Source of the DNA: Eudoraea sp.
GTDB lineage: Bacteria; Bacteroidota; Bacteroidia; Flavobacteriales; Flavobacteriaceae
Reading direction: 5' to 3'
Assembly (NCBI RefSeq): GCF_049665975.1
Contig: NZ_JBATGR010000207.1
Location: 1-54,907, forward strand
Length of the DNA stretch: 54,907 nucleotides
In this document: positions 21,501-28,872 of the stretch, one piece after another
Layout of the letters: every line of letters begins with the position of its first letter
How positions within the stretch are numbered: the first letter of the stretch is position 1
Program-made: the position numbers and the translations under genes
The notes under the pieces: generated by a model
The model's input: the letters and a program-made list of their open reading frames with translations, nothing else
Told to the model about the DNA's origin: nothing
The model's database searches: none

Positions 21501-22227
21501 AAATAACAGATTCAAACTCGCTTTCCTGATAGTAGTCTGGTTTATCAGAAGTTTTTGGGGCGAATTGAACCACCTTAGGACCTTTTACAAAAGCCACATT
21601 GTCTTTATATGCTGATACAATTTCATTTGGATTTTCCTTAGCTGTTTTTTTTATCAGCTTAAAAAGTGAAGAAGGCATTTCTTTACCATCAATTACAAAA
21701 GTCCCGTTAAAAATTTTGTGCCTGCAATGTTCAGAATTTACCTGACTGAATCCAAAGACTTCAGAATCTGTTAATTTCCGACCTATTTTTTTTGATAGTC
21801 CTTCCAGATATTCTACTTCATCCGGGCTCAGGGCTAATCCTTCTTCCTTATTATATTTGGAAATATTATCAATTTCAAGAATGGGATGAGGTGCAACCTC
21901 AATACTATAGATCTCCTGATTTAGCGCAAGGTACTTTTGCGAGAGCATTGGATCAAAATCTTTAAAATTTTCATCCACACGGGTAAATTCTTCTATTCTA
22001 AGAATTCCTGAAACACCCATATTCTGAGTTATTTCCGTGGCATTTGTACTCCAGGGGGTAATCATTGCAGCCCTTGGTCCAACAAAAAAGGCGTCTATAG
22101 ACGCCAAATTTATTCTGGGTTGGTTTCCGAATAACCAATTAAGTTTCTCAATGTCTTTTTCGGAAAGTTCTTGTTTAGTTTGTACTGCAAAAACTTTAGT
22201 GCTGAGATCTCCAAAGAATTGAATCAT
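18550..22227 (-). CDS. purL: Phosphoribosylformylglycinamidine synthase (large single-chain PurL)
   Basis: NSEHCRHKIF, KAETHNFPT, GGEIRD, IHDHGAGG, and glutaminase motifs GICNGCQ and MPHIER. Confidence 0.97.
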   Translation of the reverse strand: MIQFFGDLSTKVFAVQTKQELSEKDIEKLNWLFGNQPRINLASIDAFFVGPRAAMITPWSTNATEITQNMGVSGILRIEEFTRVDENFKDFDPMLSQKYLALNQEIYSIEVAPHPILEIDNISKYNKEEGLALSPDEVEYLEGLSKKIGRKLTDSEVFGFSQVNSEHCRHKIFNGTFVIDGKEMPSSLFKLIKKTAKENPNEIVSAYKDNVAFVKGPKVVQFAPKTSDKPDYYQESEFESVISLKAETHNFPTTVEPFNGAATGSGGEIRDRLAGGKGSLPIAGTAVYMTSYSRLEKNRSWEKGMEERPWLYQTPMDILIKASNGASDFGNKFGQPLISGSLLTFEHEEHSRKLGYDKVIMLAGGIGYGKADQALKGTPKKGDKIVILGGDNYRIGMGGAAVSSADTGEFSSSIELNAVQRSNPEMQKRAANAIRGLVESKENPIVSIHDHGAGGHLNCLSELVEETGGKIDLDKLPIGDPTLSAKEIIGNESQERMGLVMGTENMGLLHRIADRERSPIYDVGDVTGDNRFTFESETKGIKPMDLELSDMFGSSPKTIMNDITVDRKYQETAYKIEFFHDYLNQVLQLEAVACKDWLTNKVDRCVGGKVAKQQCAGPLQLPLNNCGVMALDFKGQEGIATSIGHSPISGLIDPVAGSRNSIAEALSNIVWAPLKDGLKSVALSANWMWPCRNEGEDARLYTAVKAISDFAIELGINVPTGKDSLSMKQKYKDEEVIAPGTVIISAAANCTDITKVVEPVFLRSAGSIYYVNISQDEYELGGSSFAQILNRIGDKAPTIKESVYVINVFNTLQELIKDGQIVAGHDVSSGGLITTLLEMCFADVKMGASLDLSSLGEKDTIKLLFAENSGLVFQAKDDSVEVKMQKAGINFNKIGEVIQQPELNLKNQEVEICLNINSLRDTWYKTSYLLDERQTSNNLAKSRYENYKKQPLNFNFPAYFQNHRPERSAENIKRPKAAILREKGSNSEREMANAMYLAGFDVKDVHMTDLITGRETLEDIQFIGAVGGFSNSDVLGSAKGWAGAFKYNEKARQSLLNFFGRTDTLSVGICNGCQLFMELELVNPEHEVHGKMTFNNSHKHESSFTSVKIEDNNSVMLSSLAGTTLGVWISHGEGKFSLPLTEANYDIVAKYGYSEYPSNPNGSDFNTAMMCDKTGRHLVTMPHIERSIFPWNWAYYPKDRNDQISPWLEAFTNARKWIEKQNQVS

Positions 22228-22259
22228 GGAACTTATTACAAATTAAGATTACGAAAGCA

Positions 22260-22267
22260 CAAATTTA
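22260..22267 (-). promoter_or_regulatory. -7 element (TAAATTTG) for purL
   Basis: TAnnTTTG 32 bp upstream of the purL ATG. Confidence 0.55.
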
Positions 22268-22326
22268 CATTATTAAAATGGGTTTTTTTAATAGAAAAGT
22301 TAACAGTTTTCAAATGTAATTGTTCA

Positions 22327-23538
22327 TTACTTCCTTGTCATTCGAGCCATATAGAAACCATCAAATCCACTTTCTGATGCATAAATGTTCACCTCTTCCT
22401 CCAAAGAAAATACTTTCCCTTCATCAGAATCTAAAAAGTGTTTCACTTGTTCTGTATTCTCCAGTGGTAAAATAGAACAAGTAGCATATATTAGTTTGCC
22501 GCCTTCTTTTACCATCTTGCTGTAATTTTTCAGTATTTCTTGTTGTACTTTGACAATCTTATCCAGAAATTCCGGCTGTAATTTCCACTTGGAATCCGGA
22601 TTGCGTCTCAGTACACCTAGTCCTGAACATGGAGCATCTATTAGCACTCTGTCTGCACTGCCATATAATTTTTTATAAACCTTGCTATTGCCTATTACTC
22701 TTGTTTCTACATTATGCGCACCATCTCTTTTAGCCCTTCTCTTAAGTTCTTTTAATTTATTTTCATAGATATCAAGGGCAATAAGCTGCCCTTTGTTTTT
22801 CATTAGAGCGGCTAAATGCAAAGTTTTACCTCCGGCGCCGGCGCAGGCATCAATTACCCGTAAGCCCTGTTCAACCTGTGTAAAAGTCCCGACTTTTTGT
22901 GATGATGCATCCTGAACTTCAAAAAAGCCATCAGTAAATGCCTTTGTTCTAAAAACATTCGTACGCTCTTTTAATTTCAAGGCATCAGGATAACCTTCAA
23001 TAGACTCGGTCTCAATGCCCTCTTCTAAAAGAACATTTTTTAAGTCGTTTTTGGATGTTTTAAGCGTGTTCGTTCTGAGAATTACCTGGGCCTGTTGATT
23101 TAGTGCTGCAATTTCTCTTGTCCATAACTCCTCTCCCAATGAATTTAAACCTAATTCCTCTATCCAGTCCGGAATAGATTCTCTGTATTTCCTGATTTTA
23201 GAAAGCTCATCGAATTTCCCTTTAATTCGCCTGGTCGGAGTATTTTCAATTTGTTTCCAATCTGGCAATTGAATTCCTCTAAGCACTGCCCAAACTGCAA
23301 ATAGCCTAAATAAGTTAGGTCTGGAATAGGGAGCACTTACCTCTGCAATTTCAGAATAAAGTCTTTTCCAACGGACTATGTCATAGGTGGTTTCAGCAAT
23401 AAAACCTCTATCTCTAGACCCCCAACGTTTATCGTGCTTCAAAGTCTTTTCCACTACCTTATCGGCATATTCTCCCTCGTTAAATATAAGGTTGAGTGCG
23501 TCTACTACAGCAAACACCAAATTTCTATGTAACCGCAT
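22327..23538 (-). CDS. RsmB/NOL1/NOP2-family SAM-dependent RNA m5C methyltransferase
   Basis: VQDASSQ, DACAGAGGKT, DAPCSG and YATCS. The ATG at 23538 is preferred to the TTG at 23544. A -7 element TACCTTTG lies at 23556-23563. Confidence 0.92.
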   Translation of the reverse strand: MRLHRNLVFAVVDALNLIFNEGEYADKVVEKTLKHDKRWGSRDRGFIAETTYDIVRWKRLYSEIAEVSAPYSRPNLFRLFAVWAVLRGIQLPDWKQIENTPTRRIKGKFDELSKIRKYRESIPDWIEELGLNSLGEELWTREIAALNQQAQVILRTNTLKTSKNDLKNVLLEEGIETESIEGYPDALKLKERTNVFRTKAFTDGFFEVQDASSQKVGTFTQVEQGLRVIDACAGAGGKTLHLAALMKNKGQLIALDIYENKLKELKRRAKRDGAHNVETRVIGNSKVYKKLYGSADRVLIDAPCSGLGVLRRNPDSKWKLQPEFLDKIVKVQQEILKNYSKMVKEGGKLIYATCSILPLENTEQVKHFLDSDEGKVFSLEEEVNIYASESGFDGFYMARMTRK

Positions 23539-23730
23539 CTGCAAAATTTAGTAGGCAAAGGTATTGCTTTTAATTTTTAACTAATTAATTACCCTATAGT
23601 TACTAAACAAAGTAATTTGATATTTTTAATCGCTGAATGGAGTCGCAATTTTTGAAATGGTACAATTGAACAATGGAATAATCGTTTTATTCTATCGGTA
23701 ATAAACCCGGTTTTATCCCTAAATTTACAC

Positions 23731-24759
23731 ATGCGCTACAGTATCTTATTCTTCACTTTATTTCTAATTCATTCCTGCCAGAAACCTGTTAATAGGCCTG
23801 TTTTTTCCGAGGTCATAGTTGAAGTACTTTATGAGGATTCCTTAAGTATAAGAGCAATTGAATTGATGGGTGGGAGTTTAGGTTTTGCGGCCAACAAAGG
23901 TGTTTTTGGGACAATTGACCTGCAGACCAAAACAGTCAGGACCAATAGTCAAAAATATGATAGTATTTTCCCTGAATTCAGGGCTATTGCACATACATCT
24001 ACAGATTTTTTTATGCTCTCTGTTGCAAATCCTGCTTTGTTGTATAAAACAGGAGATATGGGAAAAATGGAATTAGTTTACGCAGAGGATGGGGAGAACG
24101 TTTTTTATGATGCCATGGCTTTTTGGAATGATAAAGAAGGTATAGCTATCGGTGATACCGTTGGAGGTTGTCTTTCTATAATTATTACCAGAGACGGTGG
24201 ATATAGCTGGGCTAAACTTCCATGTGACCAATTACCCCAGGGACTTGAAGGAGAGGGGGCTTTTGCTGCCAGTAATACGAATATAGCCCTTCAGGGAAAT
24301 AAAGCGTGGATAGGAACAACTAAAGGGCGTGTGCTTTTTACTGATAACGCAGGAAAATCATGGAGTGTAGTACAAACCCCCATCCTTAGTGATAAACCTA
24401 CTCAGGGTATTTATTCGATGGACTTTTACGATAGCTCATTGGGAATTGTGATTGGTGGAGATTATACAGATCCAGACAAAAGCTTTGCCAATAAAGCGAT
24501 CAGCCGTGATGGAGGTAAAAGCTGGGAGCTACTTGCTAATAATCAAGAACCTGGCTACAAGAGTTGTATCCGATTTGTACCTAATTCTGAAGGCAAAGAG
24601 ATTGTGGCTATAGGATTTACAGGAATTTCATATTCAAACGATATGGGAATAAACTGGAAGGCTCTTTCAAACGAAGGGTTCTACACCATACGATTCCAGA
24701 ATGATTCAGTAGCATATGCTGCAGGAAGAAATCGTATTGCCAAACTTACGTTCAAATAA
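23731..24759 (+). CDS. Ycf48/BNR (Asp-box) repeat beta-propeller lipoprotein
   Basis: Lipobox IHS-C; Asp-boxes TRDGGYSW, TDNAGKSW, SRDGGKSW and SNDMGINW. Confidence 0.8.
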   Translation: MRYSILFFTLFLIHSCQKPVNRPVFSEVIVEVLYEDSLSIRAIELMGGSLGFAANKGVFGTIDLQTKTVRTNSQKYDSIFPEFRAIAHTSTDFFMLSVANPALLYKTGDMGKMELVYAEDGENVFYDAMAFWNDKEGIAIGDTVGGCLSIIITRDGGYSWAKLPCDQLPQGLEGEGAFAASNTNIALQGNKAWIGTTKGRVLFTDNAGKSWSVVQTPILSDKPTQGIYSMDFYDSSLGIVIGGDYTDPDKSFANKAISRDGGKSWELLANNQEPGYKSCIRFVPNSEGKEIVAIGFTGISYSNDMGINWKALSNEGFYTIRFQNDSVAYAAGRNRIAKLTFK

Positions 24760-24787
24760 AAAGGGAAGCTTGAGAACTTCCCTTTTT
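24758..24787. terminator. Bidirectional intrinsic terminator
   Basis: AAAAAGGGAAG-N8-CTTCCCTTTTT between convergent genes. Confidence 0.75.
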
Positions 24788-24840
24788 AATCACCAATAAA
24801 CTAACCACTTATTGTGGTAACCAAATCAAAACCAAGCTAA

Positions 24841-25188
24841 CTATACATTCACTACTATATAGTTACGCCCCTTTTTCTTATAAAAAACTCCATTATAGGT
24901 ATAATACTTCCTACCCCTATGAACAACTACTTTATTTCCTAATGGAAGTTTTCTCACTTTAATTCCAACAGGTGCTGCACAGACCACATATTTTCTTCCT
25001 CTCGCTTTATACCAGATACCATTGGAAAAGTGAAAATTCACTCCTTTATGTACGACAAGTCTTGGTTGATATAATGTTGTAACTACGCTACCATGTCTGG
25101 GATATACTTTAACGGTGCGCTGAGCAGTTACAGCTGAAGTTGCACCAACTAATAAAATAATGATTACTAATAGTTTTAAACTTTTCAT
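24841..25188 (-). CDS. Small secreted basic protein (DUF6515-like)
   Basis: Signal peptide ending AVTA-Q; two internal repeats (HKGVNFHFSNGIWYK / HRGRKYYTYNGVFYK) around APVG...LP. The family name is from recall only. Confidence 0.7.
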   Translation of the reverse strand: MKSLKLLVIIILLVGATSAVTAQRTVKVYPRHGSVVTTLYQPRLVVHKGVNFHFSNGIWYKARGRKYVVCAAPVGIKVRKLPLGNKVVVHRGRKYYTYNGVFYKKKGRNYIVVNV

Positions 25189-25215
25189 AACTTCTTTTTT
25201 TATTGATTATAAAGC

Positions 25216-25245
25216 TAAGACTATCAATTAAAGTAAAGGTTTAAT
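25216..25245 (-). promoter_or_regulatory. ECF-type promoter, copy 1 (for the DUF6515-like gene)
   Basis: Minus strand ATTAAACCTTTACTTTAATTGATAGTCTTA: AAAC-N17-GTC. Confidence 0.75.
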
Positions 25246-25313
25246 TAAGATTTATGTTTTTTATTGAATATGGATTAGTGGAATACAAGTGTTCTATTAT
25301 TGATTTTACAAAC

Positions 25314-25339
25314 AAATAAAGGAAACCAAAAGGTTTCCT
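25314..25339 (-). terminator. Intrinsic terminator after the anti-sigma/sensor gene pair
   Basis: Minus strand AGGAAACC-TTTT-GGTTTCCT followed by TTATTT. Confidence 0.65.
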
Positions 25340-25364
25340 CTATAATTCGAAAGGATCTGATAAT

Positions 25365-25817
25365 TTATCTCCCTCCTTGTCGCCTTTGCTGAATTTGTTT
25401 CAACAATCGTTTCTTAAAATCTTCTTCGGCTTTAATTAAAAGAAAGGTTTTCTTTGGTGAAATAACTTCACGAATATTTGACAGGAATAAAATATTAAGC
25501 TCTTGTTTCTCCTTCTCCAGCTCAATAAGTTGATCTAAGAGTTTATTTGCTTCTGCTTCGCTTAAATTCTCAAAATCGACCATTTTACTCCTAATTTCTA
25601 CGCGTTCCTTTCTGCGAATTTGAGCCATTGCTTTCTCATGCTCATTGTAAACGGGCCAAAACATTGCGGCCTCCTTACTACTAAGATCTACCCTTTCTGT
25701 TATAAAGGCAACCTTCAGGGATTTAATTTTATCCATTCCGGGCCTGCCTTGTCCCGACACACTAACAACTGTTAAAAACAGCATTATAAACACCAATATT
25801 TTACCGAAATTATTCAT
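25365..25817 (-). CDS. Periplasmic helical protein, Spy/CpxP-like (putative sensor partner of the ECF system)
   Basis: Signal peptide; KVAFITERVDLSSKEAAMFWPVYNE and LSEAEA helical hairpin motifs; overlaps the upstream gene by 8 bp. Confidence 0.65.
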   Translation of the reverse strand: MNNFGKILVFIMLFLTVVSVSGQGRPGMDKIKSLKVAFITERVDLSSKEAAMFWPVYNEHEKAMAQIRRKERVEIRSKMVDFENLSEAEANKLLDQLIELEKEKQELNILFLSNIREVISPKKTFLLIKAEEDFKKRLLKQIQQRRQGGR

Positions 25818-26322
25818 CGATCTCCAAATTTAATTCATCAAAATCGTCAATGTTATCCTCAAGGTAATCGATGATATTTTCATCATCCAGTTCACCATTA
25901 AGAATATCATTTACCTCAAATTCTTCTGTAAGCAGCACTTCCGCCAGTTCGTAACTACTAAATCCCAGTTCGTTTTCTTCAATGTAATTTTCAATGTCCG
26001 TTCTGGCCAGATCATCAAAAGTAAAACTACTTTTACCCTTCTGTTGAATACTTAAAACTAATATCAGAATTGCGGCTACAGAGGCTGCTACATATAAATA
26101 TTTCTTATAGGAATTGAGTCTTATTACTTTTGATTCCTTCTCAGTTATCTTCTCTAAGACCTTTTTATTCAGATTATCAAAATAGCCTTCCGGAACTTTA
26201 AATCCATCCTTGTTAGGAAGACTTGAAGTCTCTTTTGACATTTTATTCAAAAGATCATCCGTAAAACCTTCAAAGTAACCCTCTGGGGTTTTAAATCCAC
26301 TATTTTTTATTTTTTTACCCAT
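25810..26322 (-). CDS. Putative single-pass membrane anti-sigma factor
   Basis: Directly downstream of the ECF sigma gene; two GFKxPEGYF repeats, one TM helix (YLYVAASVAAILILVLSI) and a very acidic C-terminal tail. Confidence 0.65.
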   Translation of the reverse strand: MGKKIKNSGFKTPEGYFEGFTDDLLNKMSKETSSLPNKDGFKVPEGYFDNLNKKVLEKITEKESKVIRLNSYKKYLYVAASVAAILILVLSIQQKGKSSFTFDDLARTDIENYIEENELGFSSYELAEVLLTEEFEVNDILNGELDDENIIDYLEDNIDDFDELNLEIDE

Positions 26323-26330
26323 CCTTATAG

Positions 26331-26360
26331 TTTGACTCTTAATGTCATAAAAGGTTTAAT
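26331..26360 (-). promoter_or_regulatory. ECF-type promoter, copy 2 (for the anti-sigma/sensor pair)
   Basis: Minus strand ATTAAACCTTTTATGACATTAAGAGTCAAA: AAAC-N17-GTC. Confidence 0.75.
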
Positions 26361-26439
26361 ATTGCCCGGTCGTAATCATTTTACTTTTAAATTCTTTATA
26401 TACTTTAAACCTAAATATATTAAATAAGCATTACTTCTT

Positions 26440-26982
26440 TTATTCTTCTTTTAAACTGGCTTCAATTTTTTTCACCGCTAAATGATAGGAAGCTTTTAAG
26501 CCACCTACAGAGGTTTCTAATATCTCCGATATTTCCCCGTATTTTAGTTCTTCAAAATATTTCATATTAAAAACCAATTTTTGTTTTTCCGGCAATAGTG
26601 CGATTGCCTTTTGCAACTTCAATTGTATTTCATCACCTTCAAAGTATACATCTGCCTGTAAATTATCCGCCAATCTTTCCTGTAGTTCATCATTGCTAAC
26701 ACCTAATTTTTTAGACTTTACCTTGATAAAGGTAAGGGCTTCATTAGTAGCAATTCTGTACATCCAGGAATATAACTTGCTATCTCCTTTAAAGTTATCA
26801 ATATTTCTAAAGACCTTTATAAATGTGTTTTGCAATACATCATCTGTGTCGTCATGATCGAGTACAATTCGCCTGATATGCCAGTAAAGTCGTTCTTTGT
26901 AAGTGTTTATAAGCACCTCAAAGGCACTAGCCTGGGTATCTTTCTGTTTTAATTGTTCTATTAAGGTTTCTTCGGCGATCAA
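26440..26982 (-). CDS. ECF RNA polymerase sigma factor (sigma-70 group 4)
   Basis: Region 2 DDTDDVLQNTFIK...SWMYRIATN and region 4 LPEKQKLVF...YGEISEIL; TTG start. Confidence 0.93.
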   Translation of the reverse strand: MIAEETLIEQLKQKDTQASAFEVLINTYKERLYWHIRRIVLDHDDTDDVLQNTFIKVFRNIDNFKGDSKLYSWMYRIATNEALTFIKVKSKKLGVSNDELQERLADNLQADVYFEGDEIQLKLQKAIALLPEKQKLVFNMKYFEELKYGEISEILETSVGGLKASYHLAVKKIEASLKEE

Positions 26983-27000
26983 AGCAAATACTTATTTAAT

Positions 27001-27030
27001 TAAGACTGCGTTGAATTTAAAAGGTTTAAT
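27001..27030 (-). promoter_or_regulatory. ECF-type promoter, copy 3 (autoregulatory, upstream of the sigma gene)
   Basis: Minus strand ATTAAACCTTTTAAATTCAACGCAGTCTTA: AAAC-N17-GTC. Confidence 0.78.
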
Positions 27031-27042
27031 TACATTTTAAAT

Positions 27043-28872
27043 TTAGATTACACCCAGTGTCTGCATATCTACCAAATTTTTATATACACCACTTGATTTT
27101 AGCAGTTCATTATGGGACCCTTGTTCTACAATTTTACCTTTCTGTAACACAATAATGGTATCCGCATTTTGTATAGTGGACAATCTGTGAGCAATAACAA
27201 TAGATGTGCGGTTGCGCATCATTTTTTCGAGTGCATCTTGCACCAGCCTTTCGCTTTCAGTGTCCAGTGCAGAAGTTGCTTCATCCATAATCATAATCGG
27301 AGGGTTCTTTAAAACTGCTCTTGCGATAGAGAGACGTTGTTTTTGTCCGCCACTAAGTTTATTACCGCTATCTCCGATATTTGTGTCATAGCCCTGTGGT
27401 AATTCCATTATAAAGTCGTGAGCGTTGGCAATTTTGGCAGCAGCCTTAATTTCTTCAATACTGGCATTCTCCTTTCCCAGTCCTATATTATTCTTTACCG
27501 TATCATTGAAAAGAATAGAGTCTTGTGTCACCAGCCCTATAGGATCTCTCAGTGATTTTTTAGTGAGGTCCTTAATATTGGTATTATCAATTTTTATTTC
27601 ACCTTCATTGATATCATAAAACCTGGTAACCAGATTTGCAATTGTACTTTTACCGCTACCTGACTGGCCTACTAAAGCAACTGTACTTCCTTTTGTAACA
27701 TAAAGATTGAAATTATTAAGAACATATTCATTGTCATATTTAAAAGCAATGTTTTCTATTGTTATCCCGGTATTAAAATCAGTTTTTACAATAGCATCTT
27801 TCTTTTCAGCAATTGGGTTTTTTGTTTCTAAAATTTCTAAAATTCTTTCGGCAGCGGAATTGCCTTTTTTGATCCCATATAAGGCTTTGCTGATTTGCTT
27901 GGCCGGAGTAAGTATGTTATAGGCCAATCCCATATAGGCTATAAACTCTGAAGCGCCCAGAGTTTTATCTATAAGTACCATTTTTCCTCCAAACCAAAGC
28001 AGAACACCAATAACAAGTATGCCTAAAAATTCTCCGGTAGGGGATGCGAGATTTTGTCGGTTAAGTAATGTATTAGAGAATTTAAAAAAACGTTCTGTAG
28101 AATTTTTGAATGTACCATAAAATTTAGATTCTGCGTTAAATGCTTTAATAACCCTAAGTCCGCCTAAAGTTTCTTCAATTATAGACAGGAATTCACCCTG
28201 TTCTTTTTGTACCTTATCTGAATTCTTTTTAAGAGATTTTCCAATTCTTGAAATTATCATTCCTGCAATTGGAATAAAAATAAAGACAAAGAGTGTAAGT
28301 TTAACGCTTATTAAAAACATGATGCTTATTGTGAAAAGTATGGTAAGCGGTTCTCTAACGATTAACTCAAGGATAGATAGAAATGAATATTGAATTTCAA
28401 GAACATCAGATGAAATTCGCGCTATTACATCGCCTTTTCTTTTCTCAGAATAATAGGATAGGGGAAGGTCTACAATTTTTTGATACATCCTGTTTCTTAC
28501 ATCTTTAAGAACTCCATTCCTTAAAAATGTAATAAAATACATGGCCATATAATTAAATAAATTCTTTAGGAGAAAGAGTATCAGTACCAAACCAATGACC
28601 AAAACCAAGCCCTTCATTTCATCTTCACCCGAATAATCAGTTACCTTATAATTTATATACTCTTGAAGATAGTCTTTTAAATTTCCAAAACCACTATATA
28701 CAGGTGCCTGATACACTTTTTTGGTTTTATTGAAAAGCACATCCAGCATAGGAATCAGTGCGGCAAAAGAAAGCGCACTAAAAAGCGCATAAAGAATATT
28801 AAAAAAAATATTTAAGAATCCGTACCTGCGATACGGGAGGGCAAAACGCAGGATTTTTTTAAAATATTCCAT
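27043..28872 (-). CDS. MsbA-like ABC exporter (fused TMD and NBD)
   Basis: TM helices, Walker A GQSGSGKST, signature LSGGQKQR, Walker B DEATSALD and IAHRLST. Confidence 0.92.
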   Translation of the reverse strand: MEYFKKILRFALPYRRYGFLNIFFNILYALFSALSFAALIPMLDVLFNKTKKVYQAPVYSGFGNLKDYLQEYINYKVTDYSGEDEMKGLVLVIGLVLILFLLKNLFNYMAMYFITFLRNGVLKDVRNRMYQKIVDLPLSYYSEKRKGDVIARISSDVLEIQYSFLSILELIVREPLTILFTISIMFLISVKLTLFVFIFIPIAGMIISRIGKSLKKNSDKVQKEQGEFLSIIEETLGGLRVIKAFNAESKFYGTFKNSTERFFKFSNTLLNRQNLASPTGEFLGILVIGVLLWFGGKMVLIDKTLGASEFIAYMGLAYNILTPAKQISKALYGIKKGNSAAERILEILETKNPIAEKKDAIVKTDFNTGITIENIAFKYDNEYVLNNFNLYVTKGSTVALVGQSGSGKSTIANLVTRFYDINEGEIKIDNTNIKDLTKKSLRDPIGLVTQDSILFNDTVKNNIGLGKENASIEEIKAAAKIANAHDFIMELPQGYDTNIGDSGNKLSGGQKQRLSIARAVLKNPPIMIMDEATSALDTESERLVQDALEKMMRNRTSIVIAHRLSTIQNADTIIVLQKGKIVEQGSHNELLKSSGVYKNLVDMQTLGVI

